Shown here: positions 35,849-48,018 of the stretch, piece by piece
Layout: the number at the start of each line of letters is the position of its first letter
Numbering within the stretch: position 1 is the stretch's first letter
From: Lepidodermella squamata
Taxonomy: Eukaryota; Animalia; Gastrotricha
Direction of reading: 5' to 3'
Assembly (NCBI GenBank): GCA_047495785.1
Contig: JBLDXI010000003.1
Location: 2,976,001-3,040,000, forward strand
DNA length: 64,000 nucleotides
The notes under the pieces: model-generated
Databases searched by the model: none
Told to the model about the DNA's origin: nothing
What the model saw: the letters and a program-made list of their open reading frames with translations, nothing else
Program-made: the position numbers and the translations under genes

Positions 35849-36299
35849 CTAACGATGGCAGATTCTCCAAGTCTCTTTTTCTCTGTTATTAGATGCAGTG
35901 GCCTAGAGCCTATAGCTACCTTTGCGCCAGCTCATTCATCGTGAGATATTATAAGTACTATCGTAAGAAGCGGGGCGTGTAACATTGGTTTGATAAGAGC
36001 GGGTTTTAGACTGTCATCAAATGCGATAAGAATTGGTTCAACGGGAGAAAACGTCAGTCGTTCTTACGTCTGGCATTCTTACTAATCTTTATCAGGAAAC
36101 CTTTTTTGATGAATCATCACACTGCCAAATTTGGGCAACACGTATTTTGGCCTCGTCTCCATGTTAAAACTACTATAACAGTGGTACGCTGAATAAGCGT
36201 AAAAATTATCGAGTTATATCACAATCTGGGACAAATTTTGTACTTGCAGATAGTACACAACTTGCTATTTCGGCATGTTGGACCTGGAGATACGAAGGA

Positions 36300-36576
36300 G
36301 ATGAACTCATTGGGAATTTCTTGAAGGTTTAAGAATCTGATCTCCTGCTGGCCGATGGCTGGTGGCTATTACGATGGCTATTACGGCAATCGCGTCGTCT
36401 GCAGAATAAGCAGGGGGTGACTCTGGTATTACACTTCTACTGCTATTGCAACGTGATTTTTCCGAAGTTGTCAGTAAGGCGGGTGGAGAAAATAATCTGT
36501 AATATAATTACATATATCAAGTTCGCAATCGAATTCGCAATCAACGGGGAACTTACGCCGATAAATCATCTGTCAT
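36300..36576 (-). pseudogene. Degenerate subfamily-C-like copy
   Basis: MTDDLSA first exon, HVAIAVE then frameshifted PESPPAYSADD; truncated, no TM. Confidence 0.7.
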
Positions 36577-36703
36577 CAGCGATGCGATAGTATCTAAGGC
36601 CTGTATTATGCCCAGTAATATTACGGTCAAGCCACCTGCAAGCCACCTATGGAATTGGCACTTGTAATTTAAGCTGAATGTGCCCATTTAGCCCCAGGCA
36701 CAG

Positions 36704-37524
36704 TAGTAGTTGTACTTATGGTGTTCAAGTTTTGAAAACATTTCACTGCCGCTCTCCAAAGGTGGCCGCAACGTCCACCACCTTCTGCCAACACTCGTCA
36801 TCGCATCTTCTTGCCTGCATCAGACAGCCTCGATGAATTAGATTTGGCTTACAAGGCTTCATTGCTGATGGTTTCAGGATACCTTGTAACTTATACCGAG
36901 TAGCCGTCTAAGCTATTATCGGTGATGAGAGTCGAGGTGATTCCACTGCGCTTTGGCCACACCATATATGTGCTGCAGTTATATAATAAGATAGGCAACA
37001 CATATGCATTTTAAAGTCGAACTTTCCCTTAGGCAGAAATTGGAAAGAATGTAATTCGACCTTAGCCACAAAGCTTCCATTATGGTAAGTTAGGTCGCTT
37101 TCTAGGAGTTGGGTTGGGTTAGGGTTATGGTTAGGGTTGATAATCGACATTCTTATCCGATTCTCAAAGTCTTCCTTATTCTCGAGGAGGCTTCCAAGCT
37201 TTTTCTCATTTCTCCAGCCACTTTCGTCTTCGTTGCTTCTTATTACCAATACTCTGCTGGTTTTGCTCTTGTTCATTGCGAAGTTATCTTCTTGCAGCTT
37301 ATCTGGGGCGGCCAATTCGATCTCTTCGGCTCTTCCCAAGCTACTAGTAATGAAGTCTGTGTTATCTGCGTAAATCAACTCGGTAGCAGGTTGCGGCTAG
37401 TGGGACCTGAGGGCTCTGAGGCTCGCCTCTAGGTAGATGAGGATTGATTTGCTCAGAGGAAGTACCAACATTTATATTCAGACTAGTGCCTTTAAGAAGA
37501 AGGTGAATCAAAGCCAATTCGGAG
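36704..37524 (-). mobile_element. 5'-truncated, degenerate RTE-like LINE fragment
   Basis: IYADNTDF, NKSKT, KKLGSLL, LLYNCST and ETISNEAL remnants; (ACT)n 3' tail; 10-bp TSD ccaggcacag at 36694-36703 and 37525-37534; empty site in the paralog at ~35027. Confidence 0.82.
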
Positions 37525-37718
37525 CCAGGCACAGACCTGGCAAAAGGAAATGCCTTTCGGCGAGGGTATCGATTTTTATTGTGATTGCGTATATGCCGAC
37601 TCTAAAGCTTCGATTATTAAGAAATATAACGTTTATTTGTAGCATAATATCATCTTGTCGCAGGGTTGCAATAAGTCAAAAATGGTCATTAGGATGACTC
37701 GGAAAGACTGTACAACTA

Positions 37719-38295
37719 TTAGATAAGTACCATGACTGCGATAACCACGACTACAATGAAGAGAACAAAGCAAAAGAACACCTTGCATCCATTGCAATCG
37801 CATTGTTGACCTTCCTCAGCACCGTGATGACTTGACGGTGTCGAACTGGGGCCATTATTGTTGCAATGTCGGCTGTTAGAAGACGGTTGGGCTACCAGCA
37901 TTTCAATCCGCATAGCTGCTTCGAGTTCCCGCCGAATTTCTGCCTCGCATTGACGCCACATAACTGCCTCGATTCCACGGCTTGATGGTGTTACATACGG
38001 AACATGGGGCGGGTAAGCAGCCGATGAAGCCATTAGAACGGTCGCTGAATTGTTGTATCTGACAGACGGAGTGTTGGCCTGATTCGGCTGTCTAATGACC
38101 ACAACCGTAGAGCCATCTGCTGAATAAGCCGGGGGTGGTTCCGGAATGACATTGCTTATAGGAATAGCCACATGACTTTGCCCAAGATGATCGCTGTGGT
38201 ATGGCGGCGGTAGTGAGCTTTCCCTAAAATAATTGAAAATGTATCAAATCCTAGAAAAAGCTCAAGTTAACTTACGCTGATAAATCATTCGTCAT
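37719..38295 (-). CDS. Subfamily-C PPxY tail-anchored protein (recent duplicate of 35200)
   Basis: First exon, intron and N-terminal half nearly identical to the 35200 gene; CDCNGCK then TM. Confidence 0.86.
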
Positions 38296-38884
38296 CTAAC
38301 GATGGCAGATTCTCCAAGTCTCTTTTTCTCTGTTATTAGATGTAGTGTCCTAAACCAACTCATACATCGTGAGATATTATAAGTACTGAGTACTATCGTT
38401 ATAACCGGAGCGTGAGACATGGCATGGATAAGAGCGGGTTTTAGACTGACATCGAATACGATAAGAATTAGTTCAATGGTAATCGTTCTTACGTCAGTCA
38501 TCAGTCGTTCTTACATCTGGCATTCTTGCCAATCTTTATCAATGAAACCTTCCTTCATGAATCATCACGTTGCTTTGTATTCATTTCCAAATTTGATCAA
38601 AACGCATGTTTGCCCCATTCCCATGCATAACTACTAACAGCGGTATGTCCAATAAGCGTGAAATTCATAGAGTTATCAGAATCTGGGACAAACTTCTGGG
38701 ACAAACTTTGTACTTGCAGAAGTACACTCTATAGCAAGCGGAATTATCAATTACGGAATTCTCTCTATGGTATTCAGATCTTAGCTTCAATTGAAGAAAT
38801 CGCTATGCACGGGCTGAATCACCTGAATGCCGGCGACTATAACCGGTATAGAATCGAAGCATTTATTTGTAGCGTAACGGCTTC

Positions 38885-39290
38885 ATAAGCCATTTCGCAT
38901 TACTCCTAGATCTGGCCATCTCGATTATAACGATCATAGCGACGAAACCGATGAAAAAACAGATATTAGAACAGCGGCTACAACACAGTACGCTTTATCT
39001 CTAATTGTTGACGCTTCCTCTTCGTTGAGACCATTTGAAATCACGGCTGTAATTTGGGATTTCGTGACATGGTTGCGCGTCAAAGTGCTCATGGTGTCTA
39101 TGATCTCCAAAGCTATAAACTAGTGACGTAGTGTTGCTCGTATAGCTCTGGTGTTACACTTTCAACTGCTATTGCGACATGATTTTGCCGAATATGGCCA
39201 TAGGGTGGAGGAAATGATCTGTTTCACAATTAGGAATATCAAGTTCGCAATCGAATTCACAATCAATGCTGAGCTTTGATCGTCTGCCAT
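38885..39290 (-). pseudogene. Degenerate subfamily-C-like copy (a further fragment at ~39990-40125)
   Basis: Same intron motif aagttcgcaatcgaattc.caatcaa as the 36.5-kb copy; HVAIAVESVTPE then loss of the PY and an in-frame stop; residual TM-coding sequence. Confidence 0.62.
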
Positions 39291-40182
39291 CACGACGATG
39301 TATCATGCCGTGTTCTACGTATTACGGCCAAGTTAAACTCTGCAGGACATTTTTGGAAATAGCGAACAAATCAAGCTGGGCGCTGGGCACGGTACTATTC
39401 CTAGGCTGAATAAGCGTAAAAATGATAGAGTCATCTGGGAACAATTTTGTACGTGCAGATCGAACTCGCTCAATTTGGGCGATTTCGGACTATACCAATT
39501 CGAGGATTTTACTTTGAAACGCGTTGAAGAGCGTGACCTAAAGAGAAAACGTGTGAGGGTGACAAATCACGTCCTTAAATTGTGTTGTCGATAGGTATGA
39601 AGAGAAATAATCATAAATAATATGCCATATGCCTACTTTGCGAAGCTACCCAGCCGGAGCCAAGCTTAAGAGTATTGAAATTGAGCGAGTTTAGGTTCAG
39701 AAGTGACGTTTTTATGCAAATTTTGAAGTTAAGGACACAGGTTTTCAATTTTTGCTTTTTAAAACTCGAGCAGCTGTGGCGAGGATTTAGCTCATGAGAT
39801 TTTGTGAGCTTACTGACATGAGTTCTGTCCTGAAGGACATGAGTTTAGGACCAGAAGATGAGCCCGGGGAACCTCATGGCTAAGGAATAGTGTTCGAAGG
39901 AAGCCGACAATTTTTATGCATAGCAAGGTAACCTTACCCTAAGTATTTTACGCCAATCAGAATTTATTTTTACGGTCATTTCACATAATTTTGAAATCTT
40001 GTGATCGGGATTGCATCGATGAAACGATGAAACTGATAAGAAAAAAAGACATTAGAATGAGGGCTACAGCTTCGTTTCTCTTCGCTGGGGCTGACGCTTC
40101 CTCTTCGTTTAGACCATTTGAGCTACGATCGCTGCCCACACTTCGGCGGCTATGATTTAGAATTTATTATAAATGTTTTTTT

Positions 40183-40686
40183 TTACAATAAGTTTTCAAT
40201 CGCAGCAAGAACAAAGAATATTACGGAACCCAGAAAAATCAAAACCACTGCAACCACTCTCCAACCCGAACCTCCGCCTCATTCTTCGACTTGATTATCA
40301 CGGCTGTGGGGGTCATGCCATCTCTGATCTTCGCATAAAACTCTCACTTGATTGTTAGAGGTGCTTTGTCTACTTGTATTGCGTGAATCCCGTGATAGTT
40401 GGCGATATTGGTACTGCGATGATGCATTGGCGTTGAATTGAAGCCCAAAATCTTTGCTACTCTGGATAGGTTGCACTATTGTTGGCACTGGGCTAATAGT
40501 GGAATAGGCTGGCGGTGGTTCGGGGTTTACATTTCCAACAGGAATCTGTGCGGAATGCCAAGGTGCTGTGCCGTACGAAGCGGATGATGTTCTGAGGAAG
40601 AATTGCCATCAAATGAAAAAACAAAGGCGTGTAACAAATATTTTTTCTTACAATGCAGAACTAGCAGTGTTACCGTGGTTTGCCAT
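40183..40686 (-). pseudogene. Subfamily-D PPxY gene with an in-frame TGA (40281-40279) before the TM
   Basis: EPPPAYSTI...QVEE*GGGSGWRVVAVVLIFLGSVIFFVLAAIENLL; paralogs read ECGGGSGCK / ECGDGGCK. Confidence 0.75.
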
Positions 40687-41266
40687 TTTCTCATTCAACC
40701 TGTATCATGAGAATGAATAAGGAATATCTCTAGCCATCAAATTATCAGTTCAAACAATATGTGTGTTTAAACAAGGTTATCACAGCCTTCCAATGCGGGT
40801 TCTGATGACACAGATAAGCAAGGTTTTTTTGAGTTGCAATCATTTTTACCACCTAGAGCCCAGAGATTGAATCATGAACTAATTAGCCAACCAATGTGAA
40901 TTCAACTGTTTCAACGTCATTCAGGCATTTCGCGCTATTTTTTGCTTCGAATAGCTTGCCATTTCTAAGAAGAAGAAGAGATGACAGAATAAAGGAATCT
41001 CCACCTTAAAAAGAAAATATAGGAAAATGACAACCTGAAGTTTGGTAGTGGCCTCAAAGATGGCTAGCCCTTGCCAAAGCCCCAAATAACTCTGACCCCT
41101 GAACCCTGAAGGAGCTAGCGATTAGACGTTTTAAGCTCCTATGAACCTCCCTGTGGATGTAACTTAATTATGAAATTTTACGCGAACAGCCCCGGTCCAC
41201 GGCAATATCCACGATTTTGAAGAAAAAAGCACAGCTTTAATTAAAAAAATCTTCAAGAACTCATTG

Positions 41267-41855
41267 TCACAGGTTGGTTACGGAACCTGAAGCGATAGCT
41301 ATAATGCACGCAACAGCAAGCAACACTACAGCTACGTTTTTGCACACATGTTTCCTATGACAGCTTTCATCATGGTAACTATTGCGGCTGTGATGATCAG
41401 GTAATCTTTGATCTTCGCAAATGATTCTCACTTGATTGTTAGATGGCATTTGACTCGGAGCTGAACAGAAATCGAGAGTCCCGTTTGCTGCTGCAACAGG
41501 AGTGTTACCCCGGCTCAGTTGCGCTATTGTTGGAACTGGCCATCTCGGGGAATAAGCTGGCGGCGGTTCGGGAGTAACAAGTGCAACGGGAATCCGAGCA
41601 GAATCCCCCTGTGCCGTGCCGTAGCTAGGAGGTTTGGGATATGATGTTCTTATGGAAAATTAATTTCTTATTAACAATAGAAGGAATTGTCAATCAAAAT
41701 ATTCCTACAATGCAGAACTATCAGAGGTTTCGTTGTAAGGAGGTGGTGCTGTGGGAGCCGTTCTGAGACAGAATTTCAATTAAGTTAACCAAATCATGGT
41801 GCTAAAAGCAAAATCCTTACAATGCAGAACTATCGAAAGAGCCGCTATTCGCCAT
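41267..41855 (-). CDS. Subfamily-E PTAP/PPxY tail-anchored protein, 3 exons (extra exon 41762-41709)
   Basis: MANSGSFDSSAL-TAPTAPPPYNETSDSSAL-TSYPKPPSY...EPPPAY...CHRKHVCK then TM. Confidence 0.83.
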
Positions 41856-43148
41856 AATTGTGTTTAACCTGAAACAAGGCGTTTATTAGGTCATCAGTAG
41901 GTTTAACTCCATAGATATATGTAGGATGACAATGAATAATATCATTGCACTTTGATACAAAGCTATCAATGTCTTTTGAATGCGGGTTTTGATAGCATAG
42001 GTAGATAAGCTATTCCTGGCCGCAGAAATTATTTCAGGATTAGTGTTTTATTTGACCTTCAACGACTGAATGAATAACTTTGGCCAACCATAGACTCAAT
42101 ATTGTTAATTGAAAACGCCACCAATTGACTTGAACAATAAAGAATAATTCTTGTCAATATTTAAGAGAAACGATGACGCAATCCGATATAAGTAGCTATA
42201 TGATTAGAGACGAAAATCGAATCCATATAGAATGTAGTTCAGTGGATTGTGCATTGAGCTGTCTGTTGTGCATTGAGCGTCAAGGCTGTTGAGAACGAGT
42301 TTGATGCCCATCTGGTTCGACCATAATTCATCAATGACGCTCTACCCCGAAGGAGCCGACCACTCCATCGTGTTACAAAAGTTAAAAGTGGGAAATTATA
42401 GGAGTCTCCGCGAGACGGCACTAACCGCTACCAAGCTGTCAGACTGTAGAAACCCTGACAGGCGACTCAAAGCGCTCATTCGGGATCCTTCGCTTCGGCC
42501 CATCCATTTAATTTTCAAAGTTCGCAATCGGATTCGCAATCAATGCCAATGCCAATTAATTGTCAGTCGTCAAACCTGAGGTAGCACCTTTCGCTTAATT
42601 CTGCCTTGATATCATGTTGAGGTTTAGGTCGGACTGAAGGTTGGTTATTTAGTTTAGGACCCTCTTCGCAAGCCTGGCTCGTGGATATCTAGAGTGGCGA
42701 TCTATCTTCATCCAAATAGTTGTGTAGAGAATGCTATCAAATTCGGGGCCTTTGGCGCATCTCTACATCCTGACCACGTCTTTTGAGCCAAGATAGGTTA
42801 CCCTTTTCATGAACCAATTTTCAAAATTTGATTCTCATCAAATGATACCGTCTGCAATAAAAGCTGTGATAGTTTGTTGCTGATCAGCATTTAGTCCTAA
42901 AAATTGTGACCCAAATCACCAACGAACAGCTTTTAAAGATTCAAGATTCTGGAGGATTCAACCTTCAGACGCTTAGAAGGTTGTGAATAGTACTGAAGTT
43001 GAAGCCCGTTTTTACTTACCAAACGCGTTGATTTGGACGTAATACTTCTTTAGGAGTTCTTGGCGATCTGGTGAAAAATTGAAGATCTGGCGACTTGACA
43101 CCACGGCAGGGAATAAGCCGCAAAACCCTAACATTTTTTTATTTTGAA

Positions 43149-43672
43149 TTACAAGGTTCCGATTGAAGCTAGAACAATTATTACTAGGGCACCCAGGAAA
43201 AACAAAACCATAAACAGCGCTTTGCAGCCTGATCCTCCTCCGCATTCGTCATGATGATCATGATGGTGATGGCTGTGCAACCTCCGATCTTCGCAAACAA
43301 CTCTCACTTCATGATGACAGTTAGTTTGCCTAGTCCTATAATCGCTAGATAATTGACGATATTGGTACTGCGATGATATGTTCGAATTGAACTGAAGTCC
43401 AAAATCTCTTTCGTATGGCTGAAGAGGGACTCTTGAAGCTCTGGCATTCTGGCTTGGCTGCGCTATGGTCGGTACTGGAAAAGAGGAATAAGCTGGCGGT
43501 GGTTCGGGGATTACATTTTCAACGGGAATCTGAGCAGAATTCCAAGGTGCCGTGCCGTATCCAGGAGGTGTGTAGGATGATGTTCTGAGCAAATATTGCT
43601 AAGATTATTTAGTTCGAATCAAAATGAAGAATCTTACAATGCTGAAGTATTAAAGGAGCTGGGGTTTGCCAT
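43149..43672 (-). CDS. Subfamily-D PPxY tail-anchored protein
   Basis: MANPSSFNTSAL first exon; TPPGY and EPPPAY; HSHHHHDHHDECGGGSGCK then TM. Confidence 0.86.
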
Positions 43673-44632
43673 GTCCTGGTTTAATCTGTGACAACGCTTT
43701 CAGTTTGTATCACTGATTCACTATCATATTGCTGCAGCGTTATATAGGATGATAGTGAATAATAGATATATTATTATCATTTTCCGCCGTGGGCACGTTG
43801 ATAGATAATTATCAGTGTCTCTAAATGGTTTCGATGATATGGATAAGCATCCCGGCAACATGCGTTACTTGAATTTAACCACGGAACAATTCGAATGATA
43901 ACTTTTTAGCCAAACAACTATCAACTATCCACCCAAAGCGTCTGGTGAATCATCGATCCGGATTTACCGGACCACTCTACTTAAAGCAACCCCCTGTTAA
44001 GATGGAATCCAATTTGCGGTCGTAATTGATCTCATTAGATGCGCCACACCTGGCTACACTTGGCGCATACTTCGATTAGTCTGGCCATGGTAAGGGGTGA
44101 TTAGTGTGGTCAGTCAAGAAACGTCCGTTGAACTCGACGACGTACAATACTGCTGACTCCGTTGTTTAATATGACACTCTCCTGTTGACTGTACGATACC
44201 GAGAGGACGATAGCTGCTACGACGGAATCAACGAGTTACGCAACTCCACTAAGCATTCGATTCAGGAACAGAACTTTAAGAGCATGAGAAACACGTTAAA
44301 TAATCAAATAGCAGAGCTTCTTAGCGAAATCAAGAACAGCAGAGTGTGAGCTCGCCTATCAGAAGAGCACGCTGCGCTGATATGAGTGAATCCATGTGTG
44401 GATTGAGGACGGCAAATGTTAGGCAAACTTTTCAACAACAGCCAAAGCCCCCGATCCACTTTAATGGCTAGTTCACGTTCAAGCACCTGGAAATGATTCC
44501 TGCTAATCTATATGCCAATGTCCCGAGGTTACGAAATAAGTGAAAGGCCAATGTCTCGAACTTCCTCTGGGAGACAACGAAGAAAAGAGACATAGCTTAC
44601 TTCAAAAATGTAGCATAATTTATTTAAAAGTG

Positions 44633-45223
44633 TTACTCGTCGGTAGCAGTTCCAACAGCAAAGCCTAAAATGCACGCAACAACAAGCAACACCATGGCTA
44701 TGGTTTTGCATATAAATTTTCTATTGCAGCTTTCATCATGGTTACTATTGTGGCTGTGATGATCAGACCAACTCTGATCTTCGCAAACGATTCTCACTTG
44801 ATTGTTAGATGGCATTTGACTTGGAGCTGAACAGAAATTGAGAGTCCTGTTAGCTGCTGCCACAGGACTGTTATCCCGGCTCGGTTGCGCTATTGTCGGA
44901 ACTGGCCAAATCACGGAATAAGCTGGCGGCGGTTCGGGAGTTACAAGTGCAACGGGAATCCGAGCAGAATCCCACTGTGCCGTGCCGTAGCTAGGAGGTT
45001 TGGGAGATGATGTTCTGATGACAAATTAATTTCGTATTAACAATAGAAGGAATATTGTCAATCGAAATATTCTTACAATGCAGAACTATCAGAGGTTTCG
45101 TCGTAAGGAGGTGGTGCTGTAGGAGCCGTTCTGAGAAAGAATTTTAATTAAATTAACTAAATCATGGTGCTAAAAGCAAAATTCTTACAATGCAGAACTA
45201 TCGAAGGAGCCGCTATTCGCCAT
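44633..45223 (-). CDS. Subfamily-E PTAP/PPxY tail-anchored protein, 3 exons (extra exon 45130-45077)
   Basis: Duplicate of the 41267 gene, 3368 bp away: TAPTAPPPYDET, KPPSY, EPPPAY, CNRKFICK then TM. Confidence 0.83.
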
Positions 45224-45617
45224 AATTTTGTTTTACCTGAATCAAAGCGTTTATTAGGTCATCAGTAGATATCACTGTATATATAGGGAGAGAGTGAATA
45301 ATAGATGATGATAATAGATATATCTCAATATTCTTTGATACAAAGCTATCTCTGTCTTTCGAATGCGGGTTTTGATAGCACAGGTAGATAAGCTATTCCT
45401 GGCCGCAGAAATTATTTCAGAATGGATGTTTTTTACCTCTCAACGAAAGATCATTCTTAAAATGAGGTAACTTTAAGCAAGTATATGGTTGGATATGACT
45501 ATCGAATCCCAATTATGAATGCAATTTTCAATTTTCCTAAAACTTCTCTATAAATTGATGCGCATTCTAATCACTGGCCACCATGTATGCGTCAAGTTGA
45601 AATGTTTTTATTTTTAT

Positions 45618-46322
45618 TTACAAATTCCCGATCGCTGCAAGAACAATTATAATTACGGCACCCAAGAAAAACAAAACCATGAACAGCACTTTGCAGCCTC
45701 CATCACCGCATTCTTCATCGTGATGATGATGGCTATGCAATCTCTGATCTTCGCAAACAACTCTCACTTCATGATGACAGTTCGTTTGCCTTGTCGTATG
45801 ACGTGTATCTCGTGATGATTGCCGGTATTGATACGGCGACGATGAATTGCTGGTGTGCTGTACCTCGCCATTTCTTTCGGAAGGTTGGGAACGGGGGCTT
45901 CTGCCTCTTCTTCCCGAACTGCTGTTACCTCGGCTTGGCTGTGCTGTTGTTGGCCGGATTGGGCCGGAGCTCCTTGAAGTTCCGCTTGATAATTGGCGAT
46001 ATTGATACTGTGCTGATCTATTCAGCCCAAAATCTCTTTCGTATGGCTGGAGACGGGTGCTTGAAGTTCTGCCTGGCGCCGAAGGTCTGGTATTCCGGCT
46101 TGGCTGTGCTATGGTTGGAATTGGATAAATAGTTGAATAAGCTGGAGGTGGTTCGGGAATGACATTTTCAACAGGAATCTGATCAGAATTCCAAGACGCC
46201 GCGCCGTAGGAAGGGGGTGTCGGGGATGATGTTCTGAGCAAAAATTGCCATTAAATTGGCTAAGTCATTCAAAACGAAGAGTCTTACAGTGCAGAACTAT
46301 CGAAGGAGCTGGGGTTCGCCAT
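45618..46322 (-). CDS. Subfamily-D PPxY/PSAP tail-anchored protein with an internal duplication
   Basis: TPPSY, EPPPAY and PSAP; two copies of PT.AQPSR...QP.ER...YQYRQ; HSHHHHDEECGDGGCK then TM. Confidence 0.86.
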
Positions 46323-47104
46323 GTCCTTGTTCAACCTCAACATGTAACTGTTCTTTTACTCGGTCAATTATTCACAACATAGCTGCTAAGTTATATATAG
46401 GATGAGCGTGAATAATGAATGCATCTCGATACCAAGTTATCAGTCCCAACCTTATGCACGTTGATACCAAAAGTATCATGTTTTCAAATGATTTGAATGA
46501 TATAGATAAGCTTAAAGGTCCCGGCAGCTTAAAAGCACTCTGATTTGACCACGGAACCACATCTGTTTCATGATTTTTCAAGCACGTGATCGCAAAAAAA
46601 TAATTCTAAATGCGAGCGAGCGGGCTTATGTCGCTTCTCGAGTGCTCTGTTACCGCTACTTAGCAGGCATAATTTACCTGAAACTGGCTCTTTAAAATTT
46701 ACTGCTTTCACCTCAATAATTACCAGCTAAACGCCAGCTTCATTTTGGTATAAAATATTCTATGTAAAACCGCCCAGGTGAAGAGATCGAGAGGGCCAAT
46801 TTCAGGGTTTTCAAGGGTTCGATTCCAAAAATTAGCAGTGAATAGTGGAATTGAATTCGGGAAAACAAAATCGATACTCTCATTCTTCAGAAGGCAAGGG
46901 ATTTTTTAGATATTTTTCCAGAATTTTAGAAAGTCAAGCGCAGTTAGGCTATTAGGTAGAAAACAAGTTATCAAACTTGTACCTGTCAAAACAAGTTTGA
47001 GTTTCAGGCATCACGCCGTCAAGGAAAGGTTCACAGGTGGAGCAACAAAGGCGGTTTTTATAGTCAGCTTTTTGAGACGAACGATACCAAACTTATGGTA
47101 TTAG

Positions 47105-47345
47105 TGTACCTGGATGAGGTGGCCGAAATTAAGGCACCCCGCTTCCTAATTAGGGCCGGGTGTCTGGGTGACTAAAAAATTAGCTATAAATCAAGGTAAA
47201 ATCGTCCGGACTTGCGGAGAGCGGCATTCGATAGCTTGGGAACTCGTCTTTAATTTTGCTTTTGCCGAATATTTTCTAAAAATTCACCTGGCTGGCAAAG
47301 TACGAAAAACCTGAAAAGCGGCCGAAATTAGGGCGGGGTCCTCTA
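47105..47345. mobile_element. Second copy of the 32.8-33.2 kb repeat family
   Basis: Shared internal block and ggccgaaattagggcggg terminus. Confidence 0.6.
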
Positions 47346-47389
47346 AAAAGTCATCTGAAAAGTGATTTATTGAAAACGATATGGTGCTT

Positions 47390-47882
47390 TCATCTATACA
47401 CAGCACCGAAAACTATCACTATTACGGCGCAAATAAAGCAGAAAACAAGCAGCATTATTCTCAAGCCTTGTTTCTGATGAGGAGTGTAGCCTTCATTCAG
47501 CCTTGGATTGTGATGGCTATTCCTAGCTAATTCTTCAATTCTCTCGATTCTCTCCAAATTCTCGAGATAGGCGCGGTAGGAGAAAGCTATTTCAGCCTGA
47601 TCTCCAACCTGTGAAGTTCTGGAACTCGCTGGAAAATTGATCGGATGATCAGCGCCATCAATCGGCTGCCTTATGATAGGAACAGGATCGATTGCTGTAT
47701 AAGCCGGGGGAGGCTCAGGAATCACATTGCCAATTACTATCGAATTAACTGCTGCATCTGCAGGTGGGCCACTGTAAGGTGGAGGTAGCGATATGGTACT
47801 AAAAATTCAAAATTAAAGCGGTTATAAAAGATCGTTTTGAAGACTTATACAGGTCGAAATTGGTCGTGGTGTGGCTTGACAT
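47390..47882 (-). CDS. PPxY tail-anchored protein (32-nt first exon)
   Basis: MSSHTTTNFDLTISLPPPY...EPPPAYTAI...; C-terminal TM IMLLVFCFICAVIVIVFGAVYR*. Confidence 0.85.
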
Positions 47883-48018
47883 GTTTTAGTGTACAGGAAA
47901 CCATTATTGGCATAAAAATACAAGACTGTTAGTATCAGAATACTGTGGAGATAAATGATAAGAGTTCACTTAAGTTTCTGATAAAAAATGATTAATCATA
48001 ACCTCATTTTCCGTTTTA

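Noticed and set aside
37110-37139. Telomere-like gggtta repeats
   Set aside because: Only 3-4 imperfect units inside a small insertion within the RTE fragment; not a telomere.
42200-43100. Possible decayed coding or retroelement sequence (also 43960-44560)
   Set aside because: No motif I could identify with confidence; needs a translated search.
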